Virus record (IMG/VR): IMGVR_UViG_3300028743_000015
Coordinates: 1 to 38,183 of that record
DNA: 38,183 nt
Reading direction: 5' to 3' (one strand)
From: a virus
Taxonomy: Duplodnaviria > Caudoviricetes
In this document: positions 1-7,668 of the stretch, one piece after another
How positions within the stretch are numbered: the stretch's first letter is position 1
Layout of the letters: each line of letters starts with the position of its first letter
Made by a program: the position numbers and the translations under genes
The notes under the pieces: model-generated
The model's database searches: none
What the model saw: the letters and a program-made list of their open reading frames with translations, nothing else
Told to the model about the DNA's origin: nothing

Positions 1-57
1 GAAATCCGACTGCGAAGGGTAGGCGGCTAGAGCCGCGAGTGTGTTGAGTTGAGCCAC
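1..57 (-). CDS. 5' end of a leftward early gene (runs off the window), MAQLNTLAALAAYPSQSDF...
   Basis: GTG at 57-55 with GGAGG 8 nt upstream (70-66), downstream of a PL-like promoter. Open to the window edge. Confidence 0.5.
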   Translation of the reverse strand, partial: MAQLNTLAALAAYPSQSDF

Positions 58-75
58 TAGGGTTGCCTCCTGTCG

Positions 76-119
76 TGTTCGACAGGGGAACAGTTAATGT
101 GCGACTTTCGCCCTGTCAA
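76..119 (-). promoter_or_regulatory. Leftward early promoter (PL-like) with two operator-like sites
   Basis: TTGACA (119-114), 17 nt, TAACTG (96-91) on the minus strand. Sites TGTTCGA-CAG-GGGAACA (76-92) and TGTGCGA-CTT-TCGCCCT (98-114) resemble the palindrome upstream of cI. Confidence 0.65.
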
Positions 120-188
120 CTCCAAAAAGGAACAAGCAAAAACGCACCTGATCGCTAGGCTAGTGCTAAATGGCTACGGAGACGCAGG

Positions 189-542
189 ATGTCGGATTTT
201 TGGCGAAAGGCAGGGGTGTTCACCGGGCGGTTGGCCTTTGCCGAGATAGTCATGGCGGTAGTGGATTTGTGTGCGCCGTTGGGCGCGCTCGCTACTTCTG
301 GGCCTGTTTTAGGCTTGGTGGAGCTTTTGCCAACGGTAGCCCTAGCGACTTCGCTTGGTTATCTTTCAAGACGTAAAATGCCGTTGCATTTTGGGGAATG
401 GGCCTCGCGAGCGAGCATTCCCTTAGGCCTATTGACGTATGGGCAAGCGTATAACGCTAGGGCCAGTGGTGTATTAAGTTTAATGGTGATCGTTGCCGGT
501 TTGATTGGCCTTTGGGCTTATAGTCGTGGGGAAACGAAATAG
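189..542 (+). CDS. Hypothetical multi-pass membrane protein (117 aa)
   Basis: GGAG upstream; 3-4 hydrophobic segments; AT-richer than flanking phage genes. Confidence 0.55.
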   Translation: MSDFWRKAGVFTGRLAFAEIVMAVVDLCAPLGALATSGPVLGLVELLPTVALATSLGYLSRRKMPLHFGEWASRASIPLGLLTYGQAYNARASGVLSLMVIVAGLIGLWAYSRGETK

Positions 543-557
543 TCGCGTCCGCAAGGT

Positions 558-971
558 TTACACGTCTTCGCGCGTGTCTATGTCTGCTAGGCGCGCCGCG
601 CTTCTTTCGAGCGCAGGAGGCAAGGCCATACCCCAAAAAGCGAACGCAGAACCAACTGCGTCGCGGGTGCTTATCCAAGCATCGTTTTCGCTATTGTAGC
701 TACCCCAAGTCGAGGGTATCGCGAAGGTTACCGCGTGCGCGGCACAGTATGTGATATACGCGCAAGCGGCCAAAGTAAGGGAGACACGGGCCCACACCCC
801 GTATGGCTTTCCCCCGAACCGATTGACGCGGTTCCAGCGTTTTTCGGAGGTGCCAACAGCTAGGCTTTGGTGAAACCACGCCGGTTTTAGGATTGCTGAA
901 GAGATGTAAAGCAGCCCATACGTGCCCAAAATCACTCGCGTTGCCGTTACCGCCGTGTCGAGGGCATTCAC
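558..971 (-). CDS. Hypothetical membrane protein (137 aa) coupled to cI
   Basis: GTG overlaps the cI stop (TAGTG); about three hydrophobic segments. Confidence 0.6.
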   Translation of the reverse strand: MNALDTAVTATRVILGTYGLLYISSAILKPAWFHQSLAVGTSEKRWNRVNRFGGKPYGVWARVSLTLAACAYITYCAAHAVTFAIPSTWGSYNSENDAWISTRDAVGSAFAFWGMALPPALERSAARLADIDTREDV

Positions 972-1570
972 TACACCAACCTTCCAAACCAGACGGGGCG
1001 CCCGATCACCTGCACTTCGTCGGCGGTGAAAACTTCGTCGCTATATTCGGTGTTGGTGGAGAACACCCGCAGGCCTTCGCGCGTTATCTCGACATTCTTG
1101 AGCAAATGCGCGTCGCCAATGCGCAGGAAGAAAGGCCCGCCGCCCATACGTCGGCAATCGGTGTCGCGCTTGTCGATGAGCACCTGATCGCCTTGCGTGA
1201 AGCGGGGCTCCATACTGGTGCCGCGCATTTCGACCATAAGGAAATCACTGGGCCGCCCGCGCAGGGTGCCCTCGATCAAAGAGCGGGGCAGCATGGCAAT
1301 CTCGCGGTCGCCATCGCCATTGCCCCCGCCGCCCATGCCACCGAAAGTCGGGAACACTTCGACCGCGACATAGGCGTTGGTGTCGGAGGACGCGTTGGTG
1401 TCGTGTTCTGCGAGAAGGCGCTCAAGGGGCGCTAGTTCGTAGGCTTTCAAGGGGCGGACTGCGCCCATGATCTTTACGGCTACTGTTCGCGACTTACCAA
1501 GCGCTTCCGCGATGGCGTCGTGCTTGATGCCTGCGGCTTTTAGGCGCGCGAGGAGAGCTGAAGGTTCCAT
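971..1570 (-). CDS. cI: Phage repressor, N-terminal HTH plus S24 (LexA/CI) peptidase domain
   Basis: HTH (HDAIAEALGKSRTVAVKIM), catalytic Ser motif RGTSMEP, Lys in LLKNV, C-terminal VIGRPVW; divergent from a Cro-like gene. Confidence 0.93.
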   Translation of the reverse strand: MEPSALLARLKAAGIKHDAIAEALGKSRTVAVKIMGAVRPLKAYELAPLERLLAEHDTNASSDTNAYVAVEVFPTFGGMGGGGNGDGDREIAMLPRSLIEGTLRGRPSDFLMVEMRGTSMEPRFTQGDQVLIDKRDTDCRRMGGGPFFLRIGDAHLLKNVEITREGLRVFSTNTEYSDEVFTADEVQVIGRPVWFGRLV

Positions 1571-1573
1571 GTC

Positions 1574-1643
1574 AGCTATGTGCGACTATCGCACATAGCT
1601 TTACAAGTTCCAAATTGGCTTTTAAGTGTTCGATATACGCACA
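1574..1643. promoter_or_regulatory. cI/cro intergenic operators
   Basis: Perfect 12-bp inverted repeat AGCTATGTGCGA-CTA-TCGCACATAGCT (1574-1600) and variant TGTTCGA-TAT-ACGCACA (1627-1643). Confidence 0.8.
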
Positions 1644-1663
1644 GTAGAGCGAACCGGAGGCCC

Positions 1664-1828
1664 ATGACCCAAGTTTCTACGATCATCGCCGCCTTGGGCG
1701 GCGTGCGCGCCGCTGCAAGAGCCCTTGGCGTGCCCCCCTCCACTGTCCAGAGCTGGAAGCGTGTAAACGCCATACCGCATTGGCGGCAAGCGGCGGTTGA
1801 CGCCAAGCTGGCCGAGTTGTCGCAATGA
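1664..1828 (+). CDS. cro: Cro-like HTH protein (54 aa)
   Basis: GGAGG then ATG 1664; LGGVRAAARALGVPPSTVQSWKRVNAIP is a typical Cro/YdaS-like HTH; divergent from cI. Confidence 0.88.
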   Translation: MTQVSTIIAALGGVRAAARALGVPPSTVQSWKRVNAIPHWRQAAVDAKLAELSQ

Positions 1829-4239
1829 GCGATGCGGAGAAAAGCTGGGGGGCATCACCTGAAGAATGGGCACATTTTGACCTGGTGCTTGGTCTAACCG
1901 AGGACTTGTTGCCTGTGGTTTCCAATCCGCAGGCGGTCATTAGCCCGCTTTCGAAAATGAAGGGACTGGGCAAGACCCCGAGCATTTATAACCCCAGCCG
2001 CAAGGTGGCGGGCATCCCGGAGTGGACGACCAAGCGCGCCAGTGGCGCCGAGGTGGACCGCTGGGCAAAGGAAGGTGACTATGGGCTTTGTCTGCAAACG
2101 CGCGGCGTGCGCGCGCTCGATATTGATATCGACGATGCGGCGCTTGCCGCGCGCGTGGCGGAGCGTTTCGCGGCGCTGGTGGGGGCGGAGCTTCCCACGC
2201 GCAGCCGTCAGAACAGCGGCAAGCGGCTTCTCGCTTTCCATGTTCGATCCGCCAGCGGTGGCTCTGGCGAAGATGCTAGCGCAGACGCGGGCATGGGAAA
2301 ACGAAGTTTTCGCCTTGATGGCGGACTTGTCGAGTTCCTCGCCGATGGGCAGCAGTTTGTCGCCCTTGGCACCCACCCCAGCGGAAGCCGATATGCGTGG
2401 GCTGGCGGGTTGCCCGATGAGTTTCCCAGCATCGGCGCGCCAGCGTTCGAGGCGGCGTGGCAAATGCTTGTCGACGAGTTCGCAACCGCGCCAGCGACCG
2501 CCGGGGTGTTACGCAAAAAGGGCGAGACTGTCGAAGGCGTTGACGACGCGGTGGCCGATTGGCTTCTCGACCAAGGGCTAGTGCTGGGCGAGGGGCGCGA
2601 CGGCGCGCTCTATGTCGATTGCCCTTGGAAGGGCGAGCATAGCAACGATAGCGGCATTACCGAGGCGGCGTGGTTTCCGGCTGGCACCAATGGCTACGAG
2701 CGCGGCAACTTCCGCTGTTTACACGCCCACTGCGACGGGCGCGGCGCTGGAGAATTCGAGCAGGCGGTGGGTTACACCACCGACCTGTTTGAAGCTCTGC
2801 CGCCTGCGGGCGCTGGCGATGGTCCGCCCGACGAAAGCGCGAGCCGACCGGGGGCGCAAGTGTTCGACCGGGGCGACCTGACGCTGATCGCGCAGGCCTC
2901 GCTGCGCAAGCGCTGGCGCGTTGGGGAGCATGCTACTTTGTTGCGCGCCTGCGGTGGCTGGTATGAGTGGGGTGGCAAATGCTATGACGAAGTGGGCGAC
3001 GAGGAAGTGCGCAGCGACCTATGGCGCTATCTGGCGGGCGTATCGACGCGCGACAAGAAGGGCAATATTGTGCCCTTGCACCCCACCCGCGATTATATAG
3101 GGAATGTGGCCGACGCGCTCAAGGCGGTGGCCGAGCAGCGGGGTGCATGTGCCCCGTGCTGGCTGCCCGGCGGCGCGGGGCCGGACCCGGCCGAGCTGGT
3201 GAGCCTTGCCGACGGGGTGCTTTACGTGCCCGAGCGTAAGCTGTTGCCGCACTCGCCCAAGCTGTTCACCCTCAACTCGCTGCCTTACGCCTGGGGCGAC
3301 AGCCGTAAGGCGCCGGGGGGGTGGCTGGACTTCCTCGAAGCGGTGTGGCCGGGGGATAGCGAGGCGCAGGAGACCTTGCAGGAGATGTTCGGCTATCTGC
3401 TGACAGCCGACACCAGCCAACAGAAAATGTTCATGGTCATCGGCCCACGGCGGTCGGGCAAGGGCACCATCGGGCGCGTGCTGTCGGCCCTGATTGGCCA
3501 GCATAACACCTGCGGCCCGACCATGCAGCAGCTTACCGGAGAGTTCGGGCTTGAGACGCTTATCGGCAAGCTGGTGGCTCTGATCCCCGACGCGCGCGTG
3601 GGCGGAGGGACTAACGTTCAGGCCATTGTCGAGAAGATGCTGATGCTTTCCGGCGAGGACAGCATGACCATCAACCGCAAGAACAAGTCGTTCTGGACCG
3701 GGCGCCCGACCGCGCGCATCGTCATCCTGTCCAACGAGGCCCCCAAGCTGGGCGACGCCAGTGGCGCCTTGCCGGGGCGGTTCATTGTGCTGTCGTTGCG
3801 CCAGAGCTTTTATGGGCGCGAAGACAGGGGCCTCACCGGGCGGCTGCTGGCCGAGTTGCCCGCCATATTCCGCTGGGCGCTCGACGGACGCGACCGGCTC
3901 GCGGCGCGCGGGTATTTCCGCCAGCCCGATAGCGGCCTTGATGACGCCGACGAGCTGGGCGAGCTGGGTAATCCCATGGCCTCTTTCGTGGAGGACTGCT
4001 GTGTGCTCGACCCCGAGGCGAGCGAAGCCACCGACCATCTTTACGAGGCGTGGCGCGACTGGTGTGGGCGCTCGGGCCATATGGCGGGCGCACGCGAAAC
4101 GTTTGGGCGATCCCTGCGCGTGGCGTTTCCGCAAATCCAGCGCGTTCGCAAACGGGCAGATGAAAGAAGGTATTCTTACGCGGGGCTGCGCTTGTCGGAC
4201 GAAGCGCGTAAAATTTTGCTTATTGGTGGAGGGTTATAA
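1825..4239 (+). CDS. Primase-polymerase / SF3 (D5/P4-type) helicase fusion
   Basis: N-terminal prim-pol motif ALDIDIDD and GTHPSG; Cys/His cluster (CPWKGEH...CLHAHC); Walker A GPRRSGKGT; sensor VILSNEAP. ATGA overlap with cro. Confidence 0.9.
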   Translation: MSDAEKSWGASPEEWAHFDLVLGLTEDLLPVVSNPQAVISPLSKMKGLGKTPSIYNPSRKVAGIPEWTTKRASGAEVDRWAKEGDYGLCLQTRGVRALDIDIDDAALAARVAERFAALVGAELPTRSRQNSGKRLLAFHVRSASGGSGEDASADAGMGKRSFRLDGGLVEFLADGQQFVALGTHPSGSRYAWAGGLPDEFPSIGAPAFEAAWQMLVDEFATAPATAGVLRKKGETVEGVDDAVADWLLDQGLVLGEGRDGALYVDCPWKGEHSNDSGITEAAWFPAGTNGYERGNFRCLHAHCDGRGAGEFEQAVGYTTDLFEALPPAGAGDGPPDESASRPGAQVFDRGDLTLIAQASLRKRWRVGEHATLLRACGGWYEWGGKCYDEVGDEEVRSDLWRYLAGVSTRDKKGNIVPLHPTRDYIGNVADALKAVAEQRGACAPCWLPGGAGPDPAELVSLADGVLYVPERKLLPHSPKLFTLNSLPYAWGDSRKAPGGWLDFLEAVWPGDSEAQETLQEMFGYLLTADTSQQKMFMVIGPRRSGKGTIGRVLSALIGQHNTCGPTMQQLTGEFGLETLIGKLVALIPDARVGGGTNVQAIVEKMLMLSGEDSMTINRKNKSFWTGRPTARIVILSNEAPKLGDASGALPGRFIVLSLRQSFYGREDRGLTGRLLAELPAIFRWALDGRDRLAARGYFRQPDSGLDDADELGELGNPMASFVEDCCVLDPEASEATDHLYEAWRDWCGRSGHMAGARETFGRSLRVAFPQIQRVRKRADERRYSYAGLRLSDEARKILLIGGGL

Positions 4240-4276
4240 CCATGAACACGCAAAAAGATGCAAGCTACGGTGGGAA

Positions 4277-4408
4277 CGTCCCTAGTGTCCTTAGTGTCCC
4301 TAGAGGACAGCCACGCGTATATGAAATTTGTTGGATTAGGGAGGGCCAAGAGAAAACATATGAGGGGAATAGGGCTGTCCCCCGGGGACACTGGGGACAC
4401 TGGGTACA
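4277..4408. repeat. Putative replication origin: 3+3 oppositely oriented 9-bp iterons around an A/T-richer core
   Basis: CGTCCCTAG TGTCCTTAG TGTCCCTAG (4277-4303) and CCGGGGACA CTGGGGACA CTGGGTACA (4382-4408, reverse complement of TGTCCCYAG variants), just after the primase gene. Confidence 0.75.
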
Positions 4409-4456
4409 GCCCAACACGCAAAAAACTACAAGTTCCTCTTCGCAGGAGAACGCGCG

Positions 4457-4795
4457 ATGAGCGACATTCTCGATGATCTCCCCGGCGGCCAGCCCGCGCC
4501 GCCCAAGCGGGAGCCCACACGCATCGTGGGGATTGACGAGCGCGGCAACCGCGTGGGCGAGGACCACCCCCGCGCGAAGCTGTCCGACCATGAGGTCGAG
4601 CTTATCCGCGAATTGCACGAAGGCGGGATGAGCTGTGCCGAGATTGCCCGCAAGTTTGAAGTGGCCAAGAGCACGGTGTCGCTCATCGTCAATTTCAAGC
4701 GGCGGGCGACCGCGCCCATGGGCTTTCGCCGGGTGCGCATGACCGATGGCGCCGCGCGTATTATCGGAGGGCACGTGAAGCCGACCACCCGCTAG
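4457..4795 (+). CDS. HTH DNA-binding protein, candidate late-gene activator
   Basis: AGGAG SD; GEDHPRAKLSDHEVELIRELHEGGMSCAEIARKFEVAKSTVSLIV HTH; last gene before the packaging operon. Confidence 0.75.
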   Translation: MSDILDDLPGGQPAPPKREPTRIVGIDERGNRVGEDHPRAKLSDHEVELIRELHEGGMSCAEIARKFEVAKSTVSLIVNFKRRATAPMGFRRVRMTDGAARIIGGHVKPTTR

Positions 4796-4796
4796 A

Positions 4797-4829
4797 CGTT
4801 CACTTGGCCCCCGCTCTTGTCGGCAGAGT
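4797..4829 (+). promoter_or_regulatory. Putative late promoter 1 (terS)
   Basis: CGTTCACTTG (4797-4806), 17 nt, CAGAGT (4824-4829); ATG 7 nt downstream. Confidence 0.7.
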
Positions 4830-4836
4830 GCGGGCC

Positions 4837-5310
4837 ATGACCCTAACCACCGCCTCGCCCGAAAAAAAGCGCAAGTTCCTCGCAGCCCTTGCCGACACGT
4901 GCAACGTCACCAAGTCGGCAGGGCTGATCGGCACCAGCCGCGAGACGGTCTATGAATGGCGCAAGAAGGACCAGGAATTCGCCGCCGCATGGGAAGAGGC
5001 CCGAGCCCTTGGCGCCGAGGCACTTGAGGATGAGGCAATTCGTCGTGCCTTTGAGGGCTTTGACGAACCGCTTAGCCACAAGGGATACCTCACCGGCGAC
5101 GTGGTGAAGCGCACCAGTGACACGCTGCTCATTTTTCTGCTCAAGGGGGCCAAGCCCGAGAAGTACAAGGACCGTGTGGCCAATGAGCACAGTGGCGCGG
5201 TAGGCGTGGTGGCCGCCGATATTGACGATGAGGCCGCAGCCGACAAGCTGGCCGCGATCCTTGCCAATGTCGCCGAGCGGCGGGCCAAGTCTGCGGAGGA
5301 TTTGGCTTGA
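4837..5310 (+). CDS. terS: Terminase small subunit
   Basis: KKRKFLAALADTCNVTKSAGLIGTSRETVYEWRKKDQEFAAAWEEA...LEDEAIRRAFEG...SDTLLIFLLKG matches the common terS pattern; upstream of terL. Confidence 0.88.
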   Translation: MTLTTASPEKKRKFLAALADTCNVTKSAGLIGTSRETVYEWRKKDQEFAAAWEEARALGAEALEDEAIRRAFEGFDEPLSHKGYLTGDVVKRTSDTLLIFLLKGAKPEKYKDRVANEHSGAVGVVAADIDDEAAADKLAAILANVAERRAKSAEDLA

Positions 5311-5732
5311 TGCTCGCCCACCTCGGCCCAATCACGCATGTGACAATCCACTGCACGGCCACGCCCGAGGGCCGCCCCAACACCGCTGCCGAGGTGACGC
5401 GGTGGGATATCGCCCGTTTCGGCCAACCTAGCTACCACTGGGTTATCGAGCTGGACGGCGACGCGGTGCGCACTCTCGCGGATGACCAGAGAGGCGCGCA
5501 CACTGGCGCGCACAATACGGGCAACATCGGTATAAGCTACGTCGGCGGGACCGAGAGCTTGAACGCCGGAGGCAAGCCCAAAGACACACGCACGGCGGCG
5601 CAGAAGGCGACCTTGCGTCGTCTGGTTGCGCAGTACAGCGCGGCGCACCCCGGCGTGGTTGTGCTGGGCCATCGCGATTGGCCCGGTGTGGCCAAGGCGT
5701 GCCCTGCGTTCGACGTGGCCACCGGTTTGTGA
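5310..5732 (+). CDS. N-acetylmuramoyl-L-alanine amidase (Amidase_2, T7 lysozyme-like)
   Basis: Zn ligands and catalytic Tyr in IHCTAT, SYHWVI, GAHT, GISYVGG, GHRD, KACPAFDV. TGATG coupling to terS. Confidence 0.92.
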   Translation: MLAHLGPITHVTIHCTATPEGRPNTAAEVTRWDIARFGQPSYHWVIELDGDAVRTLADDQRGAHTGAHNTGNIGISYVGGTESLNAGGKPKDTRTAAQKATLRRLVAQYSAAHPGVVVLGHRDWPGVAKACPAFDVATGL

Positions 5733-7328
5733 GTGGGCTACTCCACCGACGAAATACGCGCGCTGCTGCCTCACATGACGGCGCAGGAACGCGCGCTTGT
5801 TGCGGCGCTGCTTGCCAAGCTGGATAGGCCTTGGTTCCCTCTCAAGGGGCCACAGACGATGGCCTACGAGAGCGCGGCGGATATCATTGGGTACGGTGGC
5901 GCGGCGGGCGGCGGCAAGACCGACCTCGCTTGTGGGAAGACCATCACCAAGCACCAGAAAGCGGGCATTCTGCGCCGGGTGGGTACAGAGCTTACCGGCA
6001 TTCTCGACCGCTTCACCGAGCTGCTGGGCGGCTCGCGCGATGGTTATAACGGGCAGGACAAGATTTGGCGCACCAAGCGCTATGACGGCAAGGCTCTGCA
6101 AATCGAGTTCGGCGCCGTGCCTAACTTGGGCGACGAGAAGAAGTGGCAAGGGCGACCACACGACTTGCTCGTGTTCGACGAGGCGGCGAACTTCCTCGAA
6201 CAGCAAGTGCGTTTTCTGCTTGGCTGGCTGCGTTCCGTCGACCCGACGCAGAAGTGCCAAGCTCTGCTCACCTTCAACCCGCCGACCAGTGCCGAGGGGC
6301 GGTGGATTATCGAATTCTTCGGGCCATGGCTCGACAAGAAGCACCCGCTCTATCCCGCCCTCCCCGGCGAGCTGTTATGGGCAGCCATGGTGCCCGGAGA
6401 GAATGGCGTATCGCGCGATATGTGGGTGGATGGACCTACACCCTTCGTGCTGGTCGACGGAAAGCCCAGCTACGACTTTGCCCCCGAGGCCTTTGCGCCC
6501 ACCGAAATAATTCAGCCCAAATCACGCACGTTCATCCCTTCGCGCGTGACCGATAACCCCCACCTGTTTGGAACGGGATACATGTCCACCCTGCAAGCTC
6601 TGCCCGAGCCGTTGCGCAGTCAGATGCTCAACGGTGATTTCCATGCGGGGATGGAGGACGACCCGTGGCAGGTGATCCCGACCGAGTGGGTTGAGGCGGC
6701 GCAGGAGCGTTGGCGCAAGCTGTGCCCCACGCCGCGCATGGACAGCATGGGCGTCGATGTGGCGCGGGGCGGGCGCGACAATACGGTGCTGGCCCGCAGG
6801 CATGGGGTATGGTTCGACGAGCCGCTCGTCTACCCTGGCACAGCCACGCCCGACGGGCCAAAGGTGGCAGGGCTGGTTATCGCCGCGCTGCGCGACCGGG
6901 CGCCTATCCACATCGACGTAATCGGCGTTGGCGCCAGCCCATACGATTTCCTCAACGTAGCGCGTCAGCAGGTACTGGGCGTCAACGTGGCCGAGGGCAG
7001 CACCGCCCACGACAAGTCGGGCCGCTTGAGCTTCCTTAACCTGCGCTCCGAACTCTGGTGGATGATGCGCGAAGCGCTGGACCCGACCAACAACACCGGC
7101 ATCGCGCTACCACCGTCCGGGCAGCTTTTAGCCGAGCTATGCGCGCCCAAGTGGCGCCTGCAAGGCCCGATTATCCGGGTGGAAAGCCGCGAGGAAATTA
7201 TCGCGCGCATTGGCAAAAGCCCCGACCTCGCCTCGGCTTTCATCCTTGCGTTGATGGACACGCCGCGCATGGCGGACCTCGAACGTTCACAAGGCGCGAA
7301 AGCGGCGGACTACGATCCCTACGCATAG
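5733..7328 (+). CDS. terL: Terminase large subunit
   Basis: Walker A GGAAGGGKT, Walker B LLVFDEA, TFNPP, nuclease motifs GVDVARGGRD and SPDLASA. Confidence 0.95.
   Translation: MGYSTDEIRALLPHMTAQERALVAALLAKLDRPWFPLKGPQTMAYESAADIIGYGGAAGGGKTDLACGKTITKHQKAGILRRVGTELTGILDRFTELLGGSRDGYNGQDKIWRTKRYDGKALQIEFGAVPNLGDEKKWQGRPHDLLVFDEAANFLEQQVRFLLGWLRSVDPTQKCQALLTFNPPTSAEGRWIIEFFGPWLDKKHPLYPALPGELLWAAMVPGENGVSRDMWVDGPTPFVLVDGKPSYDFAPEAFAPTEIIQPKSRTFIPSRVTDNPHLFGTGYMSTLQALPEPLRSQMLNGDFHAGMEDDPWQVIPTEWVEAAQERWRKLCPTPRMDSMGVDVARGGRDNTVLARRHGVWFDEPLVYPGTATPDGPKVAGLVIAALRDRAPIHIDVIGVGASPYDFLNVARQQVLGVNVAEGSTAHDKSGRLSFLNLRSELWWMMREALDPTNNTGIALPPSGQLLAELCAPKWRLQGPIIRVESREEIIARIGKSPDLASAFILALMDTPRMADLERSQGAKAADYDPYA
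7284..7316 (+). promoter_or_regulatory. Putative late promoter 2 (in terL 3' end, for portal operon)
   Basis: CGTTCACAAG (7284-7293), 17 nt, TACGAT (7311-7316). Confidence 0.6.
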
Positions 7329-7347
7329 CCGTAGGAGCCTGTCGACA

Positions 7348-7668
7348 GTGTGCGACCCCGTTACCATAGCCGTAAGTGCGCTCACTGTTTCGACGGTTGC
7401 AACGGGCGCTGGGATTTATCAGGCCAGCGAAAGCGCAGCCGCCCAATCGCGCGCGGCAGCGCAGGCCGAGAAGAACGCCGCTGACACCAAGGCGGCCAAC
7501 GAGCGGGCAATCAACGCGGCCAACCAGAAAAGCCCCGACCTTGCCGCCATCGCCGCCACCAACCGGTCGCTGGCTTCTGGGGGCGTCGGCTCCACCATGC
7601 TCACCGGCCCGACGGGCGTAGCCGCTGGCTCGCTTGATCTGGGCAAGAACACGTTGCTGGGGCGCTAA
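7348..7668 (+). CDS. Small Ala-rich virion protein preceding portal
   Basis: AGGAG SD, GTG start, MC N-terminus, C-terminal STMLTGPTGV...LGKNTLLG typical of this position in BPP-1/T7-like modules. Confidence 0.75.
   Translation: MCDPVTIAVSALTVSTVATGAGIYQASESAAAQSRAAAQAEKNAADTKAANERAINAANQKSPDLAAIAATNRSLASGGVGSTMLTGPTGVAAGSLDLGKNTLLGR

Noticed and set aside
4277-4408. CRISPR-like array
   Set aside because: Repeats are 9 bp, tandem and without spacers; no cas genes.
4242-4476. Two 72-aa ORFs across the iteron region
   Set aside because: Their repetitive peptides (SLVSLVSL, GDTGDTG, GHWGHW) simply reflect the 9-bp DNA repeats; coding is unsupported.
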